Assembly (NCBI GenBank): GCA_963796965.1
Contig: CAWCNS010000015.1
Span: 1-30,827 of the forward strand
Direction of reading: 5' to 3'
DNA: 30,827 nucleotides
Origin: Calditrichia bacterium
Lineage (GTDB): Bacteria; Calditrichota; Calditrichia; JAJRVZ01
In this document: in pieces, positions 1 to 10,904 of the stretch
Layout: each line of letters starts with the position of its first letter
How positions within the stretch are numbered: the first letter of the stretch is position 1
The notes under the pieces: generated by a model
What the model saw: only the letters and a program-made list of their open reading frames with translations
The model's database searches: none
What the model was told of the DNA's origin: nothing
Translations under genes and position numbers: made by a program

Positions 1-54
1 AATATAACGAGAATAAACATTCCGGCATAGAATACAAAAGAAAAAAGACAGCAA

Positions 55-2089
55 ATGGGAGAAACACGGATGCTTTTCGATCATTTTAATAAGTCAAATT
101 TAGTCGCATTTGCGATTCTAATGCTATGTTCAGTCGTTATAGGCAAAGAACAATTTGACTATTTTCAAAACTCCTGGGCGCTTATCGGGCTAAAGGATTA
201 TGAGCACGGTACGAGAATTACACCCGCAAATGAGTTGATGCTCTCACAAAAAAGGTTGTTGCGATTTCGTTTTGGTTCTAAACTGATACCTCTTGACCGC
301 AGGCAGACCAAGACCTGCTTTGATGGTTGGCTACCGGTGGTGGAGCTCAAAGCCCTTGAAGGCGCCGTACACTATGATTTAACGTTCTGGGCTACCCCTC
401 TTCCTTCTGTTACAAATTGGCGCAAAGCCTATCATTGGCCTACGCAAGGCGAGAATTATCTCAACTGGGTGTGGGTCAAAGTTATCAATACCGGTAAATC
501 GGCAACAAAAGCAAAACTGCAGGCTCAGATCGTTGATCAGCCCGAACAGAATTTGCCGTCGTATGCATGGTCTTTAAAACCAGGAGAGAGCGTGGAGGCA
601 GTGCTTCGTATACCCTTCGAACCGATTGGGGACGAGACCATATTTGATAATGAAAATCCACAACGCTGGCTGGATAGAACAGTGGCATTTTGGCGTAATT
701 TGATCTCTACAGGGGCGGTATTTAAAGTGCCTTGCCAAAAAGCAATGAATGCACGCCTGGCCGCTCTTGTCATGCAGCTGATCACCTCTGACCACGGGGA
801 AATTCAAGGTGGTGAGGGATTCTACGATGAATTCTATATTCGCGATGGGGCCTATCAGATGATGCAACTGGAGGAGGCAGGCCTTTGGGAGGCCGCTGAT
901 AATGCCATCGAATTTTTCCTAAAGGCGCAGAGAGACTATGGACGCTTCGAGACTCAGGAAACCCAATACGATGCCAATGGTCAGGCTCTATTGGACACTC
1001 TGGCAATACTATAAAATCACCGGTTACAAAAATTGGCTTGAGTCTGTCTTTCCAAAAATGTATCAATCTGCACTCTGGCCCAGGAAGCAACGTTGCCGGG
1101 AACAGCCAAATACCCCATTCGCCGGGCTTCTGATTAACGCGCCGGCTGACGGAGAATATTTATGGGAGAGCAAACATCACATTGTCGGTTATGACTTTTG
1201 GAATTTGCGTGGTATTTTATGTACCATCGATGCGGCAAAGGATCTAAACAAAAGGGACGCAGTCGAGAATCTACAACGACACGCGGCCGAGTACCGATCT
1301 GACATTGATGCTGCCTGGCAACGAACCGGCCTTGATTTTTTTCCCCCGAGTTGGGAACAGGATGGCACCCATTGGGGTAATACGGAGACCTTATGGCCGA
1401 CTGAAATCTTCGAGCCGGATGATCCACGGGTAACGGGGCTTCTAAAAGAAGTGAGAGAAAACCATGGCGGAGGCTTCATTGAAAGCACGATTCAGTGGCT
1501 TGGGAAATGGCCGGCCATTCATCCCTATATGTCATCTTATTCCTCAATGGCCTCTCTTATTCGGGGAGAAAATGAAAGGGTCATCGAAGAGTTCTATTGG
1601 TATTTGCTGCATTCAACGGCTACACATGCCTTTCCGGAAGGTGTCTTTCCGAAACGACGATTCGCCTGGTTTCATACAATACCTCACGGAACCGGTGCCG
1701 CCAATTATGCCAACTGGTTACGACATCTATTGATTCACGAGCGTGGGGATGAATTGCATCTTCTCCCGGCAGTGCCGGATTGGTGGTTGGAAAATGGTGA
1801 AGAAATACGGATTGAGCGGGCACCGACGCATTTCGGTGAAATCAGCCTTTTGTTGCAAGGCACAACGAAAGGCGTAGAAGTTAAATTTGATCCGCCGGAT
1901 CGGGCGAAACCAAGCCGAATAGTACTGTATCTCCCCAAATCCCGACCTCTCATTGGTTCTGCGGATGGAATCACTGTTGTTACACGGGCGGATCAAAAAC
2001 AGCGTTGGGATTTTGACCACGTGGTGAAATTGTATCAAAAGAATGCCATACAAATTGATCATACTTTATATTGGAAGGATCAAGAATAA
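55..2089 (+). CDS. Secreted (alpha/alpha)6-barrel glycoside hydrolase-like protein (~677 aa), split by a +1 frameshift at ~991
   Basis: ORFs 55..1014 and 938..2089 join as ...YDANGQAL-WTLWQYYK if one T of CTA TTGG (~991) is removed. Hydrophobic N-terminus. FYIRDGAYQ and the C-terminal 'LHLLPAVPDWWL...APTHFGEISL' are typical of six-hairpin glycosidases. Family cannot be fixed by eye. Confidence 0.65.
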
Positions 2090-2315
2090 TTAAATTGCTC
2101 CCATTTGACCGAAGCGCAGGCTTAAAGGCAGAGGTGCAATATATGACAGCGTTTATTGTGGTTTGCACCTCGGCTATGGTCTTAAATTTTTATGGGTATT
2201 CTGGTTTTTGAGTATCTATTATTTAATACCGTGGATTCTATTTCCTGCGATTGCAATAATACTGAATAAAAAATATCACTAGATGTCACTATTTGCTGAG
2301 CATGGTATTTTTTTA

Positions 2316-2442
2316 TCCACGAATTACACTAATTAATACTAATTACACGAAATTTTATTTATATTAATAAATATATATATGATTTTAATTAGTGAAAATT
2401 CGTGAAATTCGTGGACTAGAATACTTTGCGTTCTCTGTGTTT
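2316..2442. repeat. Palindromic element, CACGAATT/CACTAATT family (copy A)
   Basis: Left arm TCCACGAATTACACTAATTAATACTAATTACACG; right arm AATTAGTGAAAATTCGTGAAATTCGTGGA; AT-rich loop; tail CTTTGCGTTCTCTGTGTTT. Confidence 0.8.
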
Positions 2443-2462
2443 AAAGAATTGAGACGGGATTT

Positions 2463-2885
2463 ATGAAACAAAATATAATTGAAAATACACTTATTATCAT
2501 TTTGCGTTTATCTGGCATCATGCTGGTAACCGCCTTTATTGCCGTATTTCTGCCCTATGAAATGATGGCCAGAATTCACGAGCAAATGGGACTTGGTCAT
2601 TTACCCCAGGTACCCATTTTAGATTATTTAGCCCACTCCGTTTCTTTGTTTTATGGCATCCATGGCGTGATGATACTTTACATCTCATTCAATCTGATCA
2701 GGTATTTGCCGTTTCTAAAATTACTCTGTTATCTGAGTCTGGTTTTTGGTATAGCGATGATATGGATTGATATTAATGCACCCATGCCGGTAAGTTGGAC
2801 TTTCGGTGAAGGACCGTTCATTATATCCCTAACCCTGGTGATTTATATTCTTGTAAAAATGCTTGAATCTAGGTTAAAAAAATAA
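2463..2885 (+). CDS. Small multi-pass (about 4 TM) membrane protein of unknown function
   Basis: Intact 140-aa ORF with four hydrophobic segments and a GGGA RBS-like site. Confidence 0.75.
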   Translation: MKQNIIENTLIIILRLSGIMLVTAFIAVFLPYEMMARIHEQMGLGHLPQVPILDYLAHSVSLFYGIHGVMILYISFNLIRYLPFLKLLCYLSLVFGIAMIWIDINAPMPVSWTFGEGPFIISLTLVIYILVKMLESRLKK

Positions 2886-2992
2886 GTCCACGGATTACAC
2901 TAATTAACACGGATTTTTTATTAATAAATTTAATTTTAATTAGTGAAAATCAGTTAAATCCGTGGACTAAAGATCTTTGGGTCTCTGTATTT
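2885..2992. repeat. Palindromic element, CACGGATT/CACTAATT family (copy B)
   Basis: Perfect 12-bp inverted ends AGTCCACGGATT ... AATCCGTGGACT (2885-2968). Homologous in direct orientation to 2316-2442, including the tail CTTTGGGTCTCTGTATTT. Confidence 0.8.
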
Positions 2993-3109
2993 CTCGCAGC
3001 GCCGCTACGCCGCAGTGTTTTTTTATTTTAGGATATTTTTGGGATCATTTTTCATTATATTTCACATTGTGCCTGATGTCTATAGAGTATTTTTTTAATT
3101 AAAAAAAAT

Positions 3110-3145
3110 CTTTGTGATCTTTGTGTCTTCTTGGTGTCCTTTGTG
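3110..3145 (+). repeat. CTTTGTG tetrad (9-11-9 spacing)
   Basis: CTTTGTG AT CTTTGTG TCTT CTTGGTG TC CTTTGTG. Confidence 0.8.
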
Positions 3146-3206
3146 TTTAAAAGGATCTAAGGTTGACCGCAAATGTGTATTTCTTTCACCAAATAGGAGC
3201 TGAAAT

Positions 3207-5749
3207 ATGAACACACCAATTAGACTCTATTTACTCATATTTGTTGTATCTCTTATAGGACTTCCCCTGACTGATTCAGGAGCACAAAATGATCATAAAA
3301 ATATCAAAGTTGGGCCGCAGCCCGACGGTAGTTTTTTGGTACCCACAAACCAATTGCTGCGCCCGGCCGGGTTCCAGGTCTATTTTCCGGGCCGCCCGGT
3401 CGATCTGGCTCTGTCTGCTGATAAGAAATTTCTTATTGTAAAAAACAAGGGATCAATAGATATCATTCGCATCCAGGATCGGACCATATTACAATCATTA
3501 GAATTAAAAAAAGACGGTAGTTCCTTTACGGGATTGTGTATCTCTAAGGATGGGCGCAGACTATTTGTAACAGACGCGAGAAACAAAATACAGATAGCCG
3601 AATTGGATGAAAATCGCCTCATGCACTGGAAAGAGGCGATAACCTTGCCAGCACCCTCTATTGGCGGTAAAACGGTTCCGGGCGGGTTAGCCTTAAATAA
3701 AGAGGAAAGTAAAATTTATGTTACCTTGAGTCGAAACAATACCCTGGGGGTTGTAACTCTGGGTGACACGACTGTAAAAGAAATTCCGGTGGGAATCGCT
3801 CCCTACGAGGTGGTACTTGCCTCTGATATAAAAGCCTATGTGAGTAATTGGGGAGGGCGTAGACCGAATGAAGGTGAGTCCACTTATAACACCTCCGGCA
3901 GCCAGGTATTGGTCGATCCTCAAACGGGTATTGCCAATAATGGATCCGTTTCCGCGGTTGATTTGACCACAGGGAAACAAATCAAGGATATTAAAGTGGG
4001 ATTACATCCAAGTGGAATGGTATTAAGCCCCGATCGTACTCGCTTATATGTCGCCTGCGCCAATAGTGATCTTATTTCGGTGATCAATACCGCTAAAGAT
4101 GAGGTGATAGAAGAAATTTCTGTTCATATGCAAAAGAATTTACCTTTCGGGTCGCCCCCAATGCGATGACAATTTCCAGGGATGGCAACTTTCTTTATGT
4201 GGCCAATGGCACGGATAATGCCATTTGCGTTATCCAGATCGGCATGTCCCATAAGATTGTTGGCTATATTCCCACGGGCTGGTATCCCGCATCGGTTATC
4301 CTGGATGAGAAAACAAACTTTATGTTTGTGGCAAATTTAAAAGGCGCCGGTTCACGCAATCAAAAAACGAACAGAGCCGGTTATAATAGCCATGACCATT
4401 TAGGATCTGTTTCTATAATCCCTCTGCCTCAGGAACAAGATTTGGCAGGAATGTCAAAAATTGTACAGGAAAATAATTCAAACATCCAAAAAATAATAGC
4501 GCATCCGAAGGGTAATCAATTAAAAGGCAAGGTAGCGGTTCCGCAGATTCCGTCTCAAAGTTCACATTTTAAACATGTGGTTTATATCATTAAGGAAAAC
4601 CGTACCTATGATCAGGTCTTTGGTGATATGCCCCAGGGCAACGGGGATATAAATCTTGTCCATTTTGGCCGGGAGGTGACACCGAACCACCATAATTTAG
4701 CAGAGACCTATATTTTAATGGATAATTATTATTGCAGTGGCATTTTAAGCGCCGACGGGCATCAATGGACCGATGAAGCTTATGTGACAGACTATATTGA
4801 AAAGTTTTTTGGCGGGTTCAACCGTAGTTATCCCTATGATGGGGACGATGCCCTGGCTTATGCAAGTTCCGGCTTTATCTGGGACAATGTTCTAAGAAAT
4901 GGATTGACCTTTCGGGATTATGGTGAATTTGTTGATGCGATAATCGAGCCAAAAGACGCCACTTTTATGGATATGTATCAGGATTATTTAAACGGCACCC
5001 GAAAGGTGAAAATCCGGGCCAAAGCGAATCTTGAACAACTTAAACCTTATTTATGTCCTACTTTTGTGGGATTTCCAAATACAGTACCCGATGTCTACCG
5101 CGCCGCTGAATTTATAAAAGAACTCAAAGCATTCGAAGAAAATGATAATTTTCCTAATTTCACTATTATGCTTTTGCCCAACGATCATACCTCCGGGACA
5201 CGTCCCGGCAGGCCTACACCGCGTGCCGCGGTCGCCGATAATGACCTGGCCCTGGGCCAGATCGTTGAGGCAATCTCACACAGTAAATTCTGGAAAGAAA
5301 CCTGTATTTTTGTTACGGAAGATGATCCTCAGGCCGGGTTGGATCATGTGGACGGGCATCGCACAGTCGGTCTGGTCATCAGCCCTTATACAAAACGGGG
5401 CGAAGTTGTTTCAACCTACTACTCGCAAATTAATATGGTTCGAACCATGGAGAATATTCTCGGTATTCCGCCGATGAATCAATTTGACTGGGCTGCCGAG
5501 CCAATGAGCGATTGTTTTACCGATACACCGGATTTTACTCCTTATAAAGCCATGCCCAATATCATTCCCCTCGACGAATTAAATCCACCGCTGGAAAGTT
5601 TAAAAGGAGACGCCTTGCACTGGGCGAAGATGTCAATGCAACAAGATCTGGATGATCTTGATCGCATCGATGAGGATACCTTTAATCGCATCATCTGGCA
5701 TGCGGTTAAGGGATATGATGTACCATATCCGGTATTAACACATAAATAA
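3207..5749 (+). CDS. Secreted YVTN/YncE beta-propeller plus alkaline-phosphatase-superfamily phosphoesterase (~847 aa), -1 frameshift at ~4154
   Basis: Signal peptide; propeller repeats (IYVTLS, AYVSNW, LYVAC, LYVANG; IPVG/IKVG/IPTG); phosphoesterase motifs IIKENRTYDQVFGD, SADGHQW, LPNDHTSG, EDDPQAGLDHVDGHR. The join restores FGSAPNAMTIS. Confidence 0.85.
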
Positions 5750-5816
5750 AGAATCTAGCCAAATAATAGATTCATATAAGAATGCCAGATAGGGGTTTAT
5801 TTATATATTTTCTCAT

Positions 5817-6060
5817 TAGTGTCCGGTTAAGATTTTGATATCTATTAATAATATCCATAAGATCAACAGATTCTATGAGTTTCTCAACGGTAGGACTTGA
5901 TTTAAAAAACTCACCCTAAATCCCTCTCTTGAGAAGAGAGGGACTTTCTTTAGCCTGTATTTTGACCCCTTCTCTTCATCCTGAGTCCCGCATTGGCGGG
6001 AAAGGAAAGAGAAGGGGTTGGGGATGCGTTTTTTTGTCTGACAGTTTAATGCGGACAGGC
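5817..6060. repeat. Nested palindromic element: CCCTCTCT...AGAGAGGG / CCCCTTCTCT...AGAGAAGGGG double hairpin with a small internal insertion
   Basis: AACTCACCC (5908) pairs imperfectly with GGGATGCGTT (6021-6030). Two internal hairpins; TCCTG...AGGA insert at 5979-6006; weak outer inverted ends TGTCCGGTTAA / TTAATGCGGACA. Confidence 0.7.
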
Positions 6061-6162
6061 ATGATTTTTTTGTATAATCTAGTATTATAACTATGTGTTA
6101 TTTTAAAAAATCATCAACCTGAGATAACAGGTATTCTGTATCAGTTCAAAAGGTAGGACCAA

Positions 6163-7640
6163 ATGTTAAAATGTGGGATTCACCGATTTCTTAGCAATTT
6201 GATTATATCGCTAACTGGAATTCTTTTTTTAACCTCAACCGCCGGCACTTCCCTCAATCGTCCCAATATAATATTTATTATGGCCGATGATCATGCCTCT
6301 CATGCGATTAGTGCTTATGGAAGCCAGTTAAATAAAACCCCAAATATCGATCGCCTTGCCCGGGAAGGCATGCGTTTTACAAATTGTTTTAATATCAATT
6401 CTCTTTGTGCCCCAAGTCGCGCGGCATTGATAACAGGAAAATATAATCGTCACAATGGTTTTATGCGCAATGGCGACAACTTCGACGGTTCACAATTAAC
6501 CTTTCCCAAAGTATTACAAAAGGCAGGGTATGCCACAGCCCTAATTGGAAAATGGCACCTAAAAACCCAGCCCCAGGGTTTTGATTATTATCAGGTTATT
6601 CCGGGGCAGGGTGAATTTTTCGACCCTGCCTTCAGAAAAAGCGGCTATCCATGGGAAGAAACCCAGGTCATAAAAGGCTATCTCACAGATATCATAACCG
6701 ATAATGCCATCGAATGGATGAAAAAACAGGATACCAGCAAACCTTTCTGTATAATGATTCATCATAAAGCACCCCATACACCGCATTTATACCCGCAGAA
6801 ATACGAAAAACTTTTCGCTGATGGGGATCTGCCCCTACCGAATAACTTCTGGGCTGACTATAAACTCCGTGGTAAAGCCTTATCAGAAAGTCAGGGGCGA
6901 TGGTCAAAACTGGATTTCATCAAGCCCAATCATTTCAATATTCCCATACCGGAAAACCTTAAACAGGGAACAGAAGCCTATAAGGAATGGAGTATCAACG
7001 TTTTTTTAAAGGTTATCTCCGTTTAGTCGCGGCGCTTGATGATAATATTGGTCGCCTTTTGGATTATCTTGACCAGGACGATCTAACAAAAAATACGGTG
7101 GTCATTTACACCTCGGATAACGGCTTCTTTCTGGGTGATTTTGGCCTTTTTAACAAAATGTGGATGTATGAGGAATCCCTCCTCTTACCTCTATTGGTGC
7201 GCTATCCCGATCATATTAAACCGGAAATAATAAATACCAAAATGGTATCCATACTTGATTTTGCCCCGACCATTCTCGATTATGCGCGGGCAGAGATTCC
7301 AAAAGAACTCCAGGGAAGATCTATTCGGGCATTCCTTGAAGGTAAATCAATAACAGAATGGCGCGAAGGACATTATTACCATTATTATGGACAATATGAT
7401 GTTCCGGCACATGTTGGTGTACGTACCTCAAAATATAAACTGATACATTACTACAACGAAGATTATTGGGAATTATATGACATGGTCAATGATCCCAGGG
7501 AGTCTCAGAACATCTATAGCCAATCCAATCAGTCAGAAGTCCTGGCAAAAATGAATACGTTGATGGAAAAGCTGCAATTAAAATATGAGGGTGTCATCAA
7601 TAAGGATCTTCAGGAAAACAGCGACCCTGATAAAAAATAA
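6163..7640 (+). CDS. Secreted Cys-type sulfatase (~492 aa), -1 frameshift at ~6991
   Basis: RPNIIFIMADDH, CAPSRAALITG (CxPxR formylglycine motif), GKWHL, YTSDNG, WELYD. The join restores EW(K)YQRFFKGYLR. Confidence 0.9.
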
Positions 7641-8043
7641 TACAAAAGAAAAAACACAAAGAAATTGCGGCTTTACGGCTATGTGTTAAAAAGAATAAAC
7701 ACAAAGATTCTTTATATTTTTTTGATTGTGGGTCACCTAGATCATAAACAAAACGAATAGTTTAAGTAGGCATAAGAAACAGTAATAAATTTTTTCGCTG
7801 CGGCACCGCGGCGCTGCGTGAGAAAAGTATTACAAAATAAAAACATAAGAGACAAATCTTGGCGTCTTAGCGGCTTGGCGTGAAAAAAAACAAACACAAA
7901 GACCTCTAAGGGAGCACTAAGTTCACAAAGATGTTTTATATTTTTTTGATTGTGGCTCACCTAGATCATAAACAAAACGAATAGTTTAAGTAGGCATAAG
8001 AGACAGTAATAAATTTTTTCGCAGCGCCGCAACGACCGCAACG
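7632..8043. repeat. Composite repeat with a 224-bp-period tandem duplication; inverted homolog of 10476-10760
   Basis: ~100-bp core ...TTTGATTGTGG(G/C)TCACCTAGATCATAAACAAAACGAATAGTTTAAGTAGGCATAAG...TTTTTTCGC at ~7700-7798 and ~7924-8022 (CACCTAG at 7734 and 7958). The reverse complement recurs at ~10485-10755. Confidence 0.85.
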
Positions 8044-8068
8044 AAAATATTAGGATTATAAATTTTCT

Positions 8069-8104
8069 CTTTGTGCTCTTCGTGCCTGCTTTGTGATCTT
8101 TGTG
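8069..8104 (+). repeat. CTTTGTG tetrad (9-11-9 spacing)
   Basis: CTTTGTG CT CTTCGTG CCTG CTTTGTG AT CTTTGTG. Confidence 0.8.
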
Positions 8105-8158
8105 GTTCATCTTTTTCCTGCGCAAAGCATTCTGAATTTTTTTTGGGGGGGAAACATA

Positions 8159-9084
8159 ATGATTAAACATTCAGACAAAAAGCATCACCTGACTGACAAT
8201 GTTCCCTGGGTGATCTCAAGACGTCATTTCCTAAAATCCGTAGGTTTTACGGCTGCGGGTCTTTCTGTGCATGCGGGCTGTAATCTCTTTTCAAACAGTA
8301 TCCGTTTTGGAATGGTAACAGACGCACATTATGCCGATCGTGACCATCAGGGGAGTCGTTTTTACCGGCAGTCCACTGCTAAAATGCGTGAATGTGTTGA
8401 ACAGATGAATAAGGAGGATGTCTCTTTTCTCGTGGAACTTGGTGATTTTAAGGATCAGGATAATCCGCCAACAGAAGAAAGTACCCTTGCCTACCTGCAA
8501 TCCATTGAAGGGGAATTTCAAAAGTTTAAGGGCAATAAATATCACGTTCTGGGTAACCATGATGTTGACAGCATATCGAAAGAGCAGTTTCTGGCGGTTG
8601 CCACCAATACACATATTCCGCGTGAGTCAACATATTATTCCTTTGATTCGAAGGGCCATCATTTCATCATTCTTGATGCCAATTACCGTTCAGATGGTCT
8701 TGACTATGATAGTGGTAATTACGATTGGACCGATGCCAATATTCCACCGAAAGAACTGACCTGGCTGGAAGAAGATCTTGCTTCTACATCAAAACCGTCG
8801 ATTGTTTTTGTCCATCAATTACTTGATGGGGAAGGGGACCTCTATATCAAAAACGCGGCGGAGGTGCGCCGGATCTTGCAGAAACATCAGAGAGTCCTGG
8901 CGGTTTTTCAGGGACATCATCATGCCGGTGATTACAGCCTCATTGAGGGGATTCATTACTATACTTTAAAAGCGATGGTGGAGGGGAGTGGAGCGGAAAA
9001 TAATCTTATGCCATTGTTGAAATCCATAATGATCAAAGTATTACGGTTACGGGGTATCGTCGGGCCTTAAGCCGTAAACTGTAA
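8159..9084 (+). CDS. Tat-exported calcineurin-like metallophosphoesterase (~308 aa), -1 frameshift at ~9005 near the C-terminus
   Basis: ATG at 8159 after GGGGGGGA; SRRHFLK twin-arginine signal; motifs DAHY, LGDF, GNHD, FVHQ, GHHH. The shifted frame gives the plausible end ENN(S)YAIVEIHNDQSITVTGYRRALSRKL* at 9084. Confidence 0.85.
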
Positions 9085-9204
9085 TCGGCGAAAGGCATTT
9101 GTCCACAAATTATGCTCGTAGAAAGCGTCCTGAGACCTCGTTATGCGGGGCCAGGCCGAATTTGAACGAATTTAACTATATTTAATTACCACTCTCTCTA
9201 TTTT

Positions 9205-9302
9205 CCTCTCCTTACTAAGGAGGGGGATGAAGGCACAAGGTACACAAAGATATTTCTTATTTCTTTGTGAACTTTGTGCCTTCTTTGTGTACTTTGTGGT
9301 AA
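9205..9302. repeat. Hairpin CCTCTCCTTACTAAGGAGGGG plus CACAAAG/CTTTGTG inverted element containing a 9-11-9 tetrad (9263-9298)
   Basis: GCACAAGGTACACAAAGA pairs with TCTTTGTGAACTTTGTGC; tetrad CTTTGTG AA CTTTGTG CCTT CTTTGTG TA CTTTGTG. Confidence 0.75.
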
Positions 9303-9364
9303 AAGAGAAATATTGATTTCAGCCAGCGCTTTAATAGTATAGCCTATGAGCAAAGAGAGTAAGG

Positions 9365-10456
9365 ATGAAGAGTAAAACCTTTTTTAATCAATTAAAATCC
9401 TACCTTTTTTTAGGTGTAAAATTTGGTATTGCCGGCGCCTTGATTGGTTTTGTCCTTCATGCCCTCTGGGGAAATTTTCAGGAAATAACCTATACGATTA
9501 TTAATGGCTTTATCATTGGATTTTTTGTTGGATTTTTTGAACTGGTATTTTCCAACCCCAAATTAGCGAGGCTTCCCTACTCAGCAGTATTACTATTAAG
9601 AACCCTTACCTATTCCCTGTTAACCGTAATTACAGTCTATTCTTTGATTGTTATCTATTTAAATAGTAATGGATTAAGTACAGGGTATTTACGAGATCCT
9701 CAGAAATTTGAACAAATAAAGCGTGTTTATTTTCTCACAAATATAAATATGGTTTATATCTTGGTTTTAGCCATAATTGCCACATTTATCTGGCAGTTAA
9801 AATCATTTTTTGGAAAGGGCGTTTTAGTTAATTATTTAATCGGTCGCTATCATAAACCGGCCATTGAAGAGCGGATCTTTATGTTTTTAGATTTGAATGA
9901 TGCAACAACCTTTGCAGAGAAATTAGGCTCCAAAAAATACAGCTCATTTCTAAGTGATTTCTTTAATGATTTAGATTATGTATTTACAAAAACAAAAGGC
10001 CAGGTATTTCAATATGTGGGTGATGAAGTTGTTGTTATATGGAAACCGAAAAAAGGTCTGAAAAATAATAATTGCCTCAATGCCTTTTTCTTAGCCGAAA
10101 ACATTTTAGAAGATAAAAAAGAATATTATTTACGCAAATATGAAATATTTCCCTCGTTTAAAGCATCTCTGCATTTGGGAGAAGTGACTGTTACAGAAAT
10201 TGGTGTATCAAAAAAGGAAATTGCCTATCATGGAGATACAATCAATACCGCGTCACGCATATATTCCACCGCCCATAAACTGGGGAAAAACATTTTAATT
10301 TCTAAAGCTTTATATAATAAACTAAATAAAGATGTTACTGTCGTTTTTAATGACCTGGGAGAGCATTCCCTTAAAGGCAAAGAAGAAAAAATTCATATTT
10401 ATAGCGCGGAATCTCTCGATGCGAATAAGAACCAACCGGAGCAGAAGTATACCTGA
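9365..10456 (+). CDS. Membrane-anchored class III adenylate/guanylate cyclase domain protein
   Basis: About four N-terminal TM helices; FMFLDLNDAT, QYVGDEVV, AYHGDTINTASRI, LKGK. Confidence 0.88.
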   Translation: MKSKTFFNQLKSYLFLGVKFGIAGALIGFVLHALWGNFQEITYTIINGFIIGFFVGFFELVFSNPKLARLPYSAVLLLRTLTYSLLTVITVYSLIVIYLNSNGLSTGYLRDPQKFEQIKRVYFLTNINMVYILVLAIIATFIWQLKSFFGKGVLVNYLIGRYHKPAIEERIFMFLDLNDATTFAEKLGSKKYSSFLSDFFNDLDYVFTKTKGQVFQYVGDEVVVIWKPKKGLKNNNCLNAFFLAENILEDKKEYYLRKYEIFPSFKASLHLGEVTVTEIGVSKKEIAYHGDTINTASRIYSTAHKLGKNILISKALYNKLNKDVTVVFNDLGEHSLKGKEEKIHIYSAESLDANKNQPEQKYT

Positions 10457-10475
10457 TCTTTGCAGTAAAAAGAAT

Positions 10476-10782
10476 CTCTCGCAGAGCCGCAAAGACGCCA
10501 AGATTTGTCCCCTAAGTTTCTATTTTATGTTCCTTTTCTCACGCAGCGCCGGGGTGCCGCAGCGAAAAAATATTAATGTTTCTTATGCTTAACATAAATC
10601 ATTCGTTTTGTTAAAGATCTAGGTGAGTCATAATCAATAAAATATAAAAAATCTTTGTGAACTTAGTGATCCCTTAGTGTTCTTTGTGTTTGATTTTTTC
10701 ACGCAAAGCCGCGAAGCCGCAATTTCTTTGTATTTTTTCTTTTTTATTATTTATTTGCTGTGTCTTAGCGCCTCTGCGAGAG
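10476..10782. mobile_element. MITE-like 307-bp element with terminal inverted repeats
   Basis: Left end CTCTCGCAGAGCCGCAAAGAC versus reverse complement of the right end CTCTCGCAGAGGCGCTAAGAC. The interior is the inverted homolog of 7632-7990 and contains a 9-11-9 tetrad at 10653-10688. Mobility is inferred, not shown. Confidence 0.6.
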
Positions 10783-10820
10783 TTTTTTTGTATCTTGCAT
10801 TTTTAATTTTTATTATTCTT

Positions 10821-10855
10821 CTTTGCGTACCTTGCGCCTTCCTCGCGTCTTTGCG
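10821..10855 (+). repeat. CTTTGCG tetrad (9-11-8 spacing)
   Basis: CTTTGCG TA CCTTGCG CCTT CCTCGCG T CTTTGCG GTT. Confidence 0.75.
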
Positions 10856-10904
10856 GTTAATTTTTTTTATTTATGCCTAAAACCCAAGGGAGATAGTCGG
10901 AGAA

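Noticed and set aside
2128..2174. AGAGGTGC as the start of a lysine riboswitch
   Set aside because: It simply pairs with TTGCACCTC nearby; the other riboswitch helices and a lysine-related downstream gene are missing.
4140..4170. Programmed ribosomal frameshifting at the split genes
   Set aside because: The nine junctions share no slippery heptamer or stimulatory structure and include both +1 and -1 events.
7700..8022. Direct repeats as a CRISPR array
   Set aside because: Only two ~100-bp copies, no unique spacers of regular size, and no cas genes.
7742..8170. Short ORFs 7742..7960 and 7961..8170 (also 10332..10592 and 10677..10880)
   Set aside because: They are translations of the repeat elements with no protein-family motifs.
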